From: Collinsella sp.
GTDB lineage: Bacteria > Actinomycetota > Coriobacteriia > Coriobacteriales > Coriobacteriaceae
Reading direction: 5' to 3'
DNA: 64,000 nt
Assembly (NCBI GenBank): GCA_019414515.1
Contig: DXLX01000036.1
Location: 49,438 to 113,437 of the forward strand
Made by a program: the position numbers and the translations under genes. Under the pieces are notes generated by a model. It was not told where the DNA came from. It did no database searches and worked only from the letters and a program-made list of their open reading frames with translations. Within the stretch, counting starts at the first letter, position 1, and each line of letters begins with the position of its first letter. Of this stretch, positions 53,699-62,068 are shown one piece after another.

Positions 53699-55165
53699 TT
53701 AGAGAGATTTGATACGAGTGCCGGCGGCGGTATCTTCAATCGTCAGGCCCAGGTCCTTGAGCTGATCACGGATGGCATCTGCCAGATCCCAGTTCTTGGC
53801 GGCACGGGCCTCGGCACGAGCCTCGAGAATCTTGGCAGCGGCCTCGTCCACGTCGTCGCCCGTGTAGGCAACCAAACCGGCGGCAACGCCCAGCAGGCCC
53901 AGCGGCAACTCGACCTTGGGCTCGGGAAGCTCAACGCCAAACGTATCGAGCAGCTCGGCCAGCGTATCGGCGGCAGCCAGGGCTGCGGCCTTGTCGGCAG
54001 CATCGCCCGCCTGCTCCAGATACTGATTGCACTCGGTGACAAAGCCAAAGACAGCACCCATGGCACCGGCGGTGTTAAAGTCGTCGTCCATGCACTCCTT
54101 AAAGGCGGCGCGGGTCTCGGCGGCCTTGGCGGAAAACGCCTCGGCGGCACCCGCATCGGCATCGGCCGTCGCATGGTTCGCAGCCCAACGAAGGTTCTCG
54201 ACCGTACCGGCAATACGCGTGAGTGAGTTCTCGGCACCCTCCAGGCGCTCCCAGGAGAAGTCGAGCGGCGAGCGATAGCTCGTCTGCAGCATCAACAGGC
54301 GCAGGGCCGCGGCAGAGTGCTGCTCGAGCACCTCGGCCAGCGTAAAGAAGTTTCCGAGCGACTTGGACATCTTCTCGCCGTCAACCAGCAGCATGCCCGT
54401 GTGCATCCAGGTGTTGGAGAAGCCCTGGTGCCAGGCGCAGGTGGCCTGGGCGCACTCGTTCTCGTGATGCGGGAAGGCAAGGTCGGAGCCGCCGCCGTGG
54501 ATGTCAATCGGGGTGCCCAGGTAGCGGTGTACCATGGCGGCGCACTCGGTGTGCCAACCGGGACGGCCCTCGCCCCAGGGGCTCGGCCAGCTGGGCTCGC
54601 CGGGCTTGGCGGCCTTCCACAGGGCAAAGTCGAGCGGGTCGTTCTTGTCCTCGTTCTCCTCGATGCGCGCACCCACCATAAGGTCATCGATGTTGCGGCC
54701 CGAGACCTGACCATAGTTGGGATCGCTGCGCACGGCAAAGTACACGTCGCCGTTATCGGCGGCGTAAGCGTGGCCCTGCTCGATGAGCGTCTTGATCATG
54801 GCGATCATGGGACCGATCTCCTTGGTGGCGCGGGGGCGCACATCGGGATCGAGCACGTTGGCGGCGCGCATGACGCCGATGAACTTGTCGGAGAACTCCG
54901 TCGCGACCTCGGCGGCAGTGCGGCCCTGCTCGTTGCCGCGCTTGATGATCTTGTCATCGACATCGGTGAGGTTCTGGGCGAACGTGACCTCGTAGCCGCT
55001 CGCGATGAGCCAGCGACGAATCACGTCAAAGCTGATGAACGTGCGGGCATTGCCGATGTGGATGTTGTCGTAGACCGTGGGACCGCACACATACATGCGG
55101 ACCTTGCCGGACTCGATGGGCTGGAACTCTTCCTTTTTATGGGTAGCGCTGTTGTAGATACGCAT
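53699..55165 (-). CDS. cysS: cysteine--tRNA ligase
   Basis: 488 aa; MYVCGPTVYDNIHIGNAR (HIGH) and KMSKS motifs. Confidence 0.95.
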   Translation of the reverse strand: MRIYNSATHKKEEFQPIESGKVRMYVCGPTVYDNIHIGNARTFISFDVIRRWLIASGYEVTFAQNLTDVDDKIIKRGNEQGRTAAEVATEFSDKFIGVMRAANVLDPDVRPRATKEIGPMIAMIKTLIEQGHAYAADNGDVYFAVRSDPNYGQVSGRNIDDLMVGARIEENEDKNDPLDFALWKAAKPGEPSWPSPWGEGRPGWHTECAAMVHRYLGTPIDIHGGGSDLAFPHHENECAQATCAWHQGFSNTWMHTGMLLVDGEKMSKSLGNFFTLAEVLEQHSAAALRLLMLQTSYRSPLDFSWERLEGAENSLTRIAGTVENLRWAANHATADADAGAAEAFSAKAAETRAAFKECMDDDFNTAGAMGAVFGFVTECNQYLEQAGDAADKAAALAAADTLAELLDTFGVELPEPKVELPLGLLGVAAGLVAYTGDDVDEAAAKILEARAEARAAKNWDLADAIRDQLKDLGLTIEDTAAGTRIKSL

Positions 55166-55168
55166 TCG

Positions 55169-55663
55169 TTACTCCTTAACGGTTTTCTGTAGCAGGCAAA
55201 CGGCCCAGGCGCCGATTCCCTCGCCCTGGCCTTCCCAACCGAGCTTTTCGGTCGTAGTGGCGGCGACGCCCACGTTTTCGACGTCAACGCCCAGGGCATG
55301 GGCAAGGTTGGCGCGCATGGCATCGCGATGCGGGGTGATCTTAGGCTGCTGGCAGGCAATGGTGCAGTCGGCATCGACAAACTCAAAGCCCAGCTCACGC
55401 GCATAGTCCATTACGCGGGCAAGTAGCACCATCGAGTCGGCGCCCTCGTAGGCAGGGTCGGTATCGGGGAATAGCTTGCCGATGTCTCCCCCGCGGCAGG
55501 CGCCCAGAATGGCGTCGGCCAAGGCGTGCGCGAGCACATCAGCATCCGAGTGGCCCAGCAGGCCGCGCTCGTAGGGAATGTCGACACCGCCGATGATACA
55601 TCGACGCCCCTCCACCAGACGGTGAACGTCGTAGCCATGGCCAATGCGCAGGTTACTGAACAT
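55169..55663 (-). CDS. ispF: 2-C-methyl-D-erythritol 2,4-cyclodiphosphate synthase
   Basis: ORF trimmed to Met12 (MFSNLRIGHGYDVHRL...GHSDADV). Confidence 0.9.
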   Translation of the reverse strand: MFSNLRIGHGYDVHRLVEGRRCIIGGVDIPYERGLLGHSDADVLAHALADAILGACRGGDIGKLFPDTDPAYEGADSMVLLARVMDYARELGFEFVDADCTIACQQPKITPHRDAMRANLAHALGVDVENVGVAATTTEKLGWEGQGEGIGAWAVCLLQKTVKE

Positions 55664-56381
55664 GGGGAAGGTCCTCTCCCTCGGCCATGCGGCCAAGCAG
55701 AATCGCGGTTACGGGACGCAGGTCCTCGGGCACCGTCACCTTAAGGTTATCGCGCGGGCTCTGGACGCAGCGGACGCGCCCACCCATGCGCTCGACCAGC
55801 GACGAATCATCGGTGCCGATAAAGCCCTCGGCAATGGCTGCAGCATGGGCGCGCTTCATAGCATCGACGCTAAAGATCTGCGGCGTCTGCGCTGCCCAGT
55901 AGAGCTCACGCGGCGGCGTCTCGACGATATTGTCGCCATCGACGATCTTGAGCGTGTCGATCGCGGGCTGGCCGCACACGACACCGTCGAGCGAGCGGTC
56001 GCTCACGAGCACGTCGATAGCGTGGTCGATGGCCTCGGTCGTAATGAGCGGACGGGCGCCGTCGTGGATAGCGACATATTCGAAACCCGCCGGCACCGCG
56101 TGCACGCCGGCGCGGGTGGAATCCTGACGAGTATCGCCGGCATCGGCAAAGCTGATGGGCGTGTCATAGTCAAACGGGTCGATAGCCAAGCGGCGCATCT
56201 CGGCACGGCGCTCGGCAGGGCAAACCACGACGATATGGCCGACCTTGTCGCTACGATCGAACGCGCGGATGGACCAGCTCATGAGCGGACGGCCCGCCAC
56301 GTTAACGAGCTGCTTGCCGCCGGGATTTCCAAAGCGCTGGCCGCTGCCGCCGGCAACGACCACGGCGCATACGGGCGCCAT
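55653..56381 (-). CDS. ispD: 2-C-methyl-D-erythritol 4-phosphate cytidylyltransferase
   Basis: 242 aa; AVVVAGGSGQRFG motif. One-base start/stop overlap with disA (TAATG). Confidence 0.9.
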   Translation of the reverse strand: MAPVCAVVVAGGSGQRFGNPGGKQLVNVAGRPLMSWSIRAFDRSDKVGHIVVVCPAERRAEMRRLAIDPFDYDTPISFADAGDTRQDSTRAGVHAVPAGFEYVAIHDGARPLITTEAIDHAIDVLVSDRSLDGVVCGQPAIDTLKIVDGDNIVETPPRELYWAAQTPQIFSVDAMKRAHAAAIAEGFIGTDDSSLVERMGGRVRCVQSPRDNLKVTVPEDLRPVTAILLGRMAEGEDLPHVQ

Positions 56382-57448
56382 TATGCGTTCCCCTGTTTGG
56401 TGCCCTTCATGCGGTACAGCGAGTCCGCAAGAATGGCAGGGTTGTTGACGCCAAAGTCGCCCAAGCGCTCCGGATCCTCGCTGATGTCATCCATGAGCTC
56501 CTGCAGCGAGCCGTACTCGTCGACGATCTTCTCGGCCACGCCGTCGCGCACGACGGACACGCGCGAAAGCGTGCGCAGGCCCAGCGGCGTCATGACGGAG
56601 TCCTCGTCCAAGTCGTCATAGCCCAGAACTGCCGCCACGTGCTGCGGGTCGGACAGGTCCTTAGGCGTCATACGGGCAAGCTCAGCGCGAATCTTCTCGG
56701 CGTTGGCCTCAGAGGAATCGCTTGCGTAGTCGCGGATCATCAAGTCGTATTCGGTATCCATGCTGGAGCCCGCGAGCTGCTCGAGCTGCATCTGCACGAG
56801 CTTGCCCTGGTTACCCAGCTTGACGATGCAATCCTTAAGCTCGGTCTTTGCCTGTTGCATGATCTCGAAACTCGAGAAGATGCCGGTGATGTCGGCGAGC
56901 GTGACGTAGTCGTCGAGCTCAAGGGCCGTCAGGCGCAGCAGGGAGCGATCGAGCGACTGACGGGTAGTCTGGAGCGTGGCGACGAGCTGGTTGACCGAGC
57001 TCATGATGGTGGTGACGGGCTGGATCTCGTAGCTCTTGCCGTGGACGTACACGTTGACGACGGCACGACGAGCCGAAACCGAGATCACGATGGCGTCGGT
57101 GAGCACCGACATGCGAGCGGCAGTACGGTGACGCATGCCCGTCTCACTCGTGGCGAGCGAGGGATCGGGATTGAGGTGGAAGTTGGCACGCAGGATCTGG
57201 GTGAGGTCGCCATCGATAACGATGGCACCGTCCATCTTGGAGAGCTCGAACAGGCGGTTCGAGGTAAACGAAATGTTGAGCGGGAAGCCGTCGTTACCGG
57301 CGGCGAGCACGTTTTCGGTGTCGCCGACGCAGATAAGGGCGCCCAGGTGACCGGCAATGATCATGTCGAGGGCGGTGCGGATCGGCTGACCGGGGGCAGT
57401 CAGGCGGATGGCCTGTTCCATACGCTTTTGCAGCTCGTTCTTATCCAA
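56381..57448 (-). CDS. disA: DNA integrity scanning protein DisA (diadenylate cyclase)
   Basis: 355 aa; DAC domain (GALICVGD...DGAIVID...GMRHRTAAR) plus a C-terminal HhH region. Confidence 0.9.
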   Translation of the reverse strand: MDKNELQKRMEQAIRLTAPGQPIRTALDMIIAGHLGALICVGDTENVLAAGNDGFPLNISFTSNRLFELSKMDGAIVIDGDLTQILRANFHLNPDPSLATSETGMRHRTAARMSVLTDAIVISVSARRAVVNVYVHGKSYEIQPVTTIMSSVNQLVATLQTTRQSLDRSLLRLTALELDDYVTLADITGIFSSFEIMQQAKTELKDCIVKLGNQGKLVQMQLEQLAGSSMDTEYDLMIRDYASDSSEANAEKIRAELARMTPKDLSDPQHVAAVLGYDDLDEDSVMTPLGLRTLSRVSVVRDGVAEKIVDEYGSLQELMDDISEDPERLGDFGVNNPAILADSLYRMKGTKQGNA

Positions 57449-57603
57449 GGCATCGCTCCCATCGTATACGCTCCATAAACGTCAATAAGTTTCTCACGGT
57501 TTGCCCCTGTGACGCCCGCAAAATCCGATGCTTACAGAATGAGCGAACACAGCTGAGAGCCCCAATCCAAATGAGCTGCTTATGTGGTAGCATCGGGATT
57601 CGC

Positions 57604-57742
57604 ATAAATGAGGGAGTAGTCGCGTGATCGGGTTCGCCTCCGGTGGCGCGGCAAGTCAACACACTGGCCGATGCGGCCTGGCTTGCCTTAATGAACGAGA
57701 CTCGTGGCTGTGCGCGCAACGCGTACGCCACGAGTCTTTTTT
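57604..57742 (+). promoter_or_regulatory. yybP-ykoY (Mn2+) riboswitch with intrinsic terminator
   Basis: Conserved blocks GAGGGAGTAG (57610-57619), CAAGTCAACACA (57651-57662) and GAACGAGAC (57693-57701). Terminator stem GACTCGTGGC / GCCACGAGTC plus TTTTTT (57699-57742) overlaps the 3' aptamer strand. Lies upstream of mntP. Confidence 0.72.
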
Positions 57743-57795
57743 GTTACTCCCCCAAGAGGTACACGCGGGCCCGCCCGCAGAGAGGGAGCCAGACT

Positions 57796-58374
57796 ATGGG
57801 ACTCGCAGAGCTCGTGTTGCTCGCCGTTGGCCTTTCGATGGACGCCTTTGCCGTATCCATCTGCAAGGGCCTTGGCATGAAGAAGATCAACCTTAAGGTC
57901 GCCGTAGTGCTCGGCCTGTTCTTTGGCGGCTTCCAGGCAGGCATGCCCGTGATCGGATGGGCGCTTGGCAGTCAATTCATGAGCATCATCGGCCCCATCG
58001 ACCACTGGATCGCCTTTATCCTTTTGGCCTTCATCGGCAGCAAAATGCTGTGGGAAGCCTTTACCGAAGACGAGGATGAAGACGACGGCAAGGATGCCGA
58101 GAAGATTGAACTGGGCGAGTACCTGATCCTCGCCATCGCCACCTCAATCGACGCCCTGGCCGTGGGCATCTCGTTTGCCGCGCTCTCGGTTGACATCGTG
58201 CCCGCTGTATCGCTTATCGGCGTCACAACGTTTATCTTCTCCGTCGCCGGCGTAGCGATCGGCCACACCTTTGGCGCGCGCTACGAAAAACCCGCCACCA
58301 TCGTGGGTGGCGTCGTGCTCATCCTTATCGGCCTCAAGATCCTGCTGGAACACTTGGGTTTTTTGGTGCTGTAA
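57796..58374 (+). CDS. mntP: manganese efflux pump MntP
   Basis: ORF trimmed to Met52 (MGLAELVLLAVGLSMDAFAVSI...). DUF204 repeats (SMDAFAV / SIDALAV). Confidence 0.85.
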   Translation: MGLAELVLLAVGLSMDAFAVSICKGLGMKKINLKVAVVLGLFFGGFQAGMPVIGWALGSQFMSIIGPIDHWIAFILLAFIGSKMLWEAFTEDEDEDDGKDAEKIELGEYLILAIATSIDALAVGISFAALSVDIVPAVSLIGVTTFIFSVAGVAIGHTFGARYEKPATIVGGVVLILIGLKILLEHLGFLVL

Positions 58375-58411
58375 AACACCCTTCAAAACTAAACGTCCGT
58401 ATGAGGTCTCA

Positions 58412-58478
58412 TGCAGAGTTTTGCATGAGCCTTTTCATGCAGACTTTTGCATGTCATACTAGGATGCAAAAGTCTGCA
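58412..58478. promoter_or_regulatory. three copies of TGCAGA(G/C)TTTTGCAT upstream of hipBA (candidate HipB operators)
   Basis: 58412-58426 and 58438-58452 are direct; 58464-58478 is inverted. Copies 2 and 3 form a perfect 15-bp inverted repeat around an 11-nt spacer containing CATACT. Confidence 0.55.
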
Positions 58479-58493
58479 CGTTAGGAGATTGCC

Positions 58494-58961
58494 ATGGATA
58501 CCCTTCCCATCACCACGCCGCGCCAAGCCGGCATCTACGTGCGTCAGGCGCGCGAGGCGCAGGGGATCACCCGTGCCGCCCTCGCTAAAAAAGCCGGTGT
58601 TTCGGAACGCCTGCTCGCATCGCTCGAGCTGGGAGATGCCACGGGCATTCGGCTCGACAAGCTGCTGGCAGTTTTCGGTGCTCTTGGACTGGCGCTCGCC
58701 GCTCAAGGGGATATAGGCGAAACGAAAAATGAGCAACCAGTCGACGCCCCGCATGCTGATCAACCTTGCAGCACCTCCAGACGCCATCACGCCCAACGTC
58801 TTCATCATCGCAACCGTCGCAGCACAACCATTCCGGCTCTTGCAGATGCCCCCTTTACATCCGCACTCTACGACGAGGTCTTCGCCGATTTCGCCATGTC
58901 CAATCTCGGAGTCTCGATTGCCACAAACGCATCTAGCCAAGCCATGCCCGAAGGGAAATAG
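58494..58961 (+). CDS. hipB: XRE-family HTH protein, HipB-like antitoxin with long C-terminal tail
   Basis: AGGAG RBS. HTH VRQAREAQGITRAALAKKAGVSERLLASLELG. Stop lies 3 nt before the hipA ATG. Confidence 0.65.
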   Translation: MDTLPITTPRQAGIYVRQAREAQGITRAALAKKAGVSERLLASLELGDATGIRLDKLLAVFGALGLALAAQGDIGETKNEQPVDAPHADQPCSTSRRHHAQRLHHRNRRSTTIPALADAPFTSALYDEVFADFAMSNLGVSIATNASSQAMPEGK

Positions 58962-58964
58962 CCA

Positions 58965-60269
58965 ATGGCCAAAACATCACTTCGGACCATTATTTGCGGC
59001 GTGCCTGCTGGAACGCTCACGCAAGATGAGAACGGTCTTATCAGCTTTACCTACGATCATGACTATGACGGGCCAGCCCTATCGACCAACATACCCGTAT
59101 CGAATCGCACATACGGACAACAGGTCATGAATCCGTACCTGTTTGGCCTTCTACCCGACAGCGAGGACCAACGAAAAGCGATTGCCGCCGAATTCGACGT
59201 TAGGCCCAACAATCCCGTTGCGTTGCTCAGCCATATCGGACTCGACTGTCCGGGCGGCGTGCAGTTTTGTGCCGAAGAAGATACCGACGCCGTCCTGCAT
59301 CGCGCTGGCGAATACCGCCCTATAGACAACCACGAAATTGCTCTTCGTCTCAAGTCGATCAGAGATGACCGCGATGCATCGTGGATGGGTCTAGATGAAA
59401 GTTGGTCACTTGGAGGCAACCAGGGCAAGTTCGCGCTCGCGTTCATAAACGGCCGCTGGTGCGAATGCATGGGCTCCTCGCCCACAACGCATATTTTCAA
59501 AAATGGCGTTATCGGATTTAAACTCGAGGCTCTCAATGAGTTTGTCTGCATGAAAAGCGCCCAGCGCGCCGGTATCGCAACGGCAAACGTCGAATATCGT
59601 ATGTTTGAGGACGAACCTGCCCTCATTGTTGAGCGCTATGACCGCGTGAAAGTCGAAGACGGAATGATCAGGCGCCTACATCAAGAAGACCTCTGTCAGG
59701 CACTTGGGGTGATGCCCGCCCAAAAGTACACAGCAGACGGCGGCCCGACCACCCGCGACATTCAAGAGCTCCTCGTAAATACGAGCCACCATCAACTTAA
59801 CCTGTATCTGTTTACGCAGATACTGTTCTTCAACGCCATTATCGGCGCACCGGATGCGCACGCGAAAAACTATTCCCTGCTCCTTGGAAACGACGGCGCA
59901 GCCATGATGGCTCGAATGTACGATGTCGCGTCGGGTTTGGCGTATGAGCGCATGCGCCGCCGGGCGCGCCTTGCCATGAGCGTTGGCGGCGAAAATCGTG
60001 TGGGGCGCATCGGTCCAGGCGCTATCCGCCGATACCACGGTATGGGCGACCCCGTGCTGGAGGCGGCGCTTACCGATGCCGGGCTATCCGAGAAGTTTTG
60101 CTTTGCGACCATGATGGACCTCGCCTACGAAGTGCCCATTTGCATGGAAGAGGTCATGGACGAATACGCCGATCTGCCCGGCATGGCGGACCTGCGCGAG
60201 CATATGCTCGGCCCCGTCCGCGAAAACTGCCAGCGCACCCTCGACCTCATCAAGGCAGAAATGGACTAG
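58965..60269 (+). CDS. hipA: type II toxin HipA-family serine/threonine kinase
   Basis: 434 aa. N-terminal HipA-coupling region (CGVPAGTLTQDENGLISFTYD), HipA_N, and catalytic loop IGAPDAHAKNYSLLL. Confidence 0.82.
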   Translation: MAKTSLRTIICGVPAGTLTQDENGLISFTYDHDYDGPALSTNIPVSNRTYGQQVMNPYLFGLLPDSEDQRKAIAAEFDVRPNNPVALLSHIGLDCPGGVQFCAEEDTDAVLHRAGEYRPIDNHEIALRLKSIRDDRDASWMGLDESWSLGGNQGKFALAFINGRWCECMGSSPTTHIFKNGVIGFKLEALNEFVCMKSAQRAGIATANVEYRMFEDEPALIVERYDRVKVEDGMIRRLHQEDLCQALGVMPAQKYTADGGPTTRDIQELLVNTSHHQLNLYLFTQILFFNAIIGAPDAHAKNYSLLLGNDGAAMMARMYDVASGLAYERMRRRARLAMSVGGENRVGRIGPGAIRRYHGMGDPVLEAALTDAGLSEKFCFATMMDLAYEVPICMEEVMDEYADLPGMADLREHMLGPVRENCQRTLDLIKAEMD

Positions 60270-60291
60270 GTGGCCTTAATTTCGAAATTAT

Positions 60292-60341
60292 CAAACAAAA
60301 GAGAGGGGACACCCGTCGCAAAAGCTCGGATGTCCCCTCTC
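60292..60341. terminator. hairpin between convergent hipA and pepD
   Basis: 11-bp stem GAGAGGGGACA / TGTCCCCTCTC. On the minus strand it is followed by TTTTGTTTG. Confidence 0.6.
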
Positions 60342-60396
60342 GTAATGTCATTTGCAATCCGCTAGCACGTGGCTCGAACTGCTGCTAGCGCAACCT

Positions 60397-61854
60397 TTAC
60401 GCAGCGAGGCGCTTGAGGACGTCGATGAGCAGCTCGTAGAAGCGCTCGGCAGAAGCGAGCTCCATGCTCTCGTCCGGGGTGTGGACATCGGAGAGCGTCG
60501 GACCCACGGCGATGGCGTCCAGGCCGTGCAGGGCCTCGGCAAACAGGCCGCACTCAAGGCCGGCGTGGATGGACTCGATACGCAGCTCGGAGCCAAAGAG
60601 CTCGCGATAGCTCTCGACAAAGACGTCGCGGATCGGCGAATGCTCGGCATAGCTCCAACCGGGATACTCGAACTCAAACTTGGCATCGAAGCCCAGGACA
60701 TCGGCCAGCATCTGCAGGCGGTCCTTGAACTCGTTCTGCAGCGAGGTGATCGAGGAGCGCGGGGACAGCATGATCTTGACCTGGTCGTCAGAGGTGGCAA
60801 CCACGCCGATGTTGGAGGAAACCTCGACGGAGCCGTCGGTGGCGACGTTGCGGCGAATCACGCCGTTAGGGGCAAGACGCAGAGCGCGGATGAGAGCAAG
60901 CGCGGACTTCTGGTCCATGGCCTCGACCTCGGCGTCGTCGGCAATCTCGACGGTGCAGGTAAAGCCGGGGTCGAAGACCTCGAGCTCGGCGGTGACGTCG
61001 GCGATGATGCCACGGGCGACCTGCGCCGCGGCTTCGGCCGCAGCGTGATCGGCATAGACCAGAACAGCCTTGCACTCACGGTTGATGGCGTTGTCCTTGG
61101 TGCCGCCGTTGAAGCTGACGATGGCGGGCTCGCCGGCAACCATCAGGCGGTCGATGATGCGGGCCATGATGAGGTTGCCATTGCCGCGCTCCAAGTGGAT
61201 ATCGCTGCCGGAGTGACCGCCCAGCAGGCCGGAGATGTCGAGTGTGAGGGTGCTACCGGTCTTGTGCTCGCGCACGATGGGGCAGGTGTAGGTAACGACG
61301 ACGCCGCCGGCGCAGCTGACGGTGGCAACGCCCTCTTCCTCGGAGTCAAGGTTGATCATAGTACGGGCGCTAATCTGGGACTTGTCGAGCGTCTCGGCAC
61401 CGACCAGGCCAGTCTCCTCGTCGGTGGTGAATACACACTCGAGGGCCGGATGGGCAATCGAATCGTCGTTGAGCACGGTAAGCATAAGCGCGACGGCGAT
61501 ACCGTTGTCGGCGCCCAGAGTGGTGCCGTTAGCGGTGAGGACGCCGTCCTTGACGACCAGGTCGATACCGTCGGTCGTAAAGTCGTGCTCGACGGAACCC
61601 AGCTTGTCGCACACCATGTCGATGTGACCCTGCAGCATCACGGTCGGGGCATTCTCGGCGCCGGCAGATGCGGGCTTGCGAATGATGACGTTGTAGACCT
61701 CGTCCTGATACACATCGAGACCGCGCTCCTTGGCAAACGCGACCAGGAAATCGCTGATGCCCTTCTCGTTGCCAGAACCACGGGGGATCGCGCTGACCTC
61801 CTCAAAGAAATGGAACAGCTGGGCGGGCTCGTAGCCGGTAATCTTGTAGTCCAT
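60397..61854 (-). CDS. pepD: aminoacyl-histidine dipeptidase (M20 family)
   Basis: ORF trimmed to Met36 (AAGGAGG RBS). MDYKITGYEPAQLFHFFEEVSAIPRGSGNEKGISDF... is typical of PepD. Confidence 0.85.
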   Translation of the reverse strand: MDYKITGYEPAQLFHFFEEVSAIPRGSGNEKGISDFLVAFAKERGLDVYQDEVYNVIIRKPASAGAENAPTVMLQGHIDMVCDKLGSVEHDFTTDGIDLVVKDGVLTANGTTLGADNGIAVALMLTVLNDDSIAHPALECVFTTDEETGLVGAETLDKSQISARTMINLDSEEEGVATVSCAGGVVVTYTCPIVREHKTGSTLTLDISGLLGGHSGSDIHLERGNGNLIMARIIDRLMVAGEPAIVSFNGGTKDNAINRECKAVLVYADHAAAEAAAQVARGIIADVTAELEVFDPGFTCTVEIADDAEVEAMDQKSALALIRALRLAPNGVIRRNVATDGSVEVSSNIGVVATSDDQVKIMLSPRSSITSLQNEFKDRLQMLADVLGFDAKFEFEYPGWSYAEHSPIRDVFVESYRELFGSELRIESIHAGLECGLFAEALHGLDAIAVGPTLSDVHTPDESMELASAERFYELLIDVLKRLAA

Positions 61855-62011
61855 GGTGCCTCCTTGGCGCAACTGGTTAGACAGTAAGACATGCGCCTTG
61901 TATATTCCCAGACTTTGCGTGCATAAACCAGTCGAAAACGCCGAGCGCCCTCGCATCATCGGCTAACGGTGGACCGTATAGCGTAACGGTCACAACTTCC
62001 GCAGCTCTACA

Positions 62012-62043
62012 AATCGAGGCGCCCTTTCCGGAGCGCCTCGATT
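62012..62043 (-). terminator. terminator hairpin after clpC
   Basis: 11-bp stem AATCGAGGCGC / GCGCCTCGATT with a weak T-tail. Confidence 0.5.
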
Positions 62044-62068
62044 GCGCGTATCAAATTGTCGCCACGCC

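Noticed and set aside
58729-59130. 133-aa alternative ORF overlapping the hipB 3' end and the hipA 5' end
   Set aside because: It is out of frame with both well-supported genes, has no RBS, and has a Pro/Ser-rich composition.
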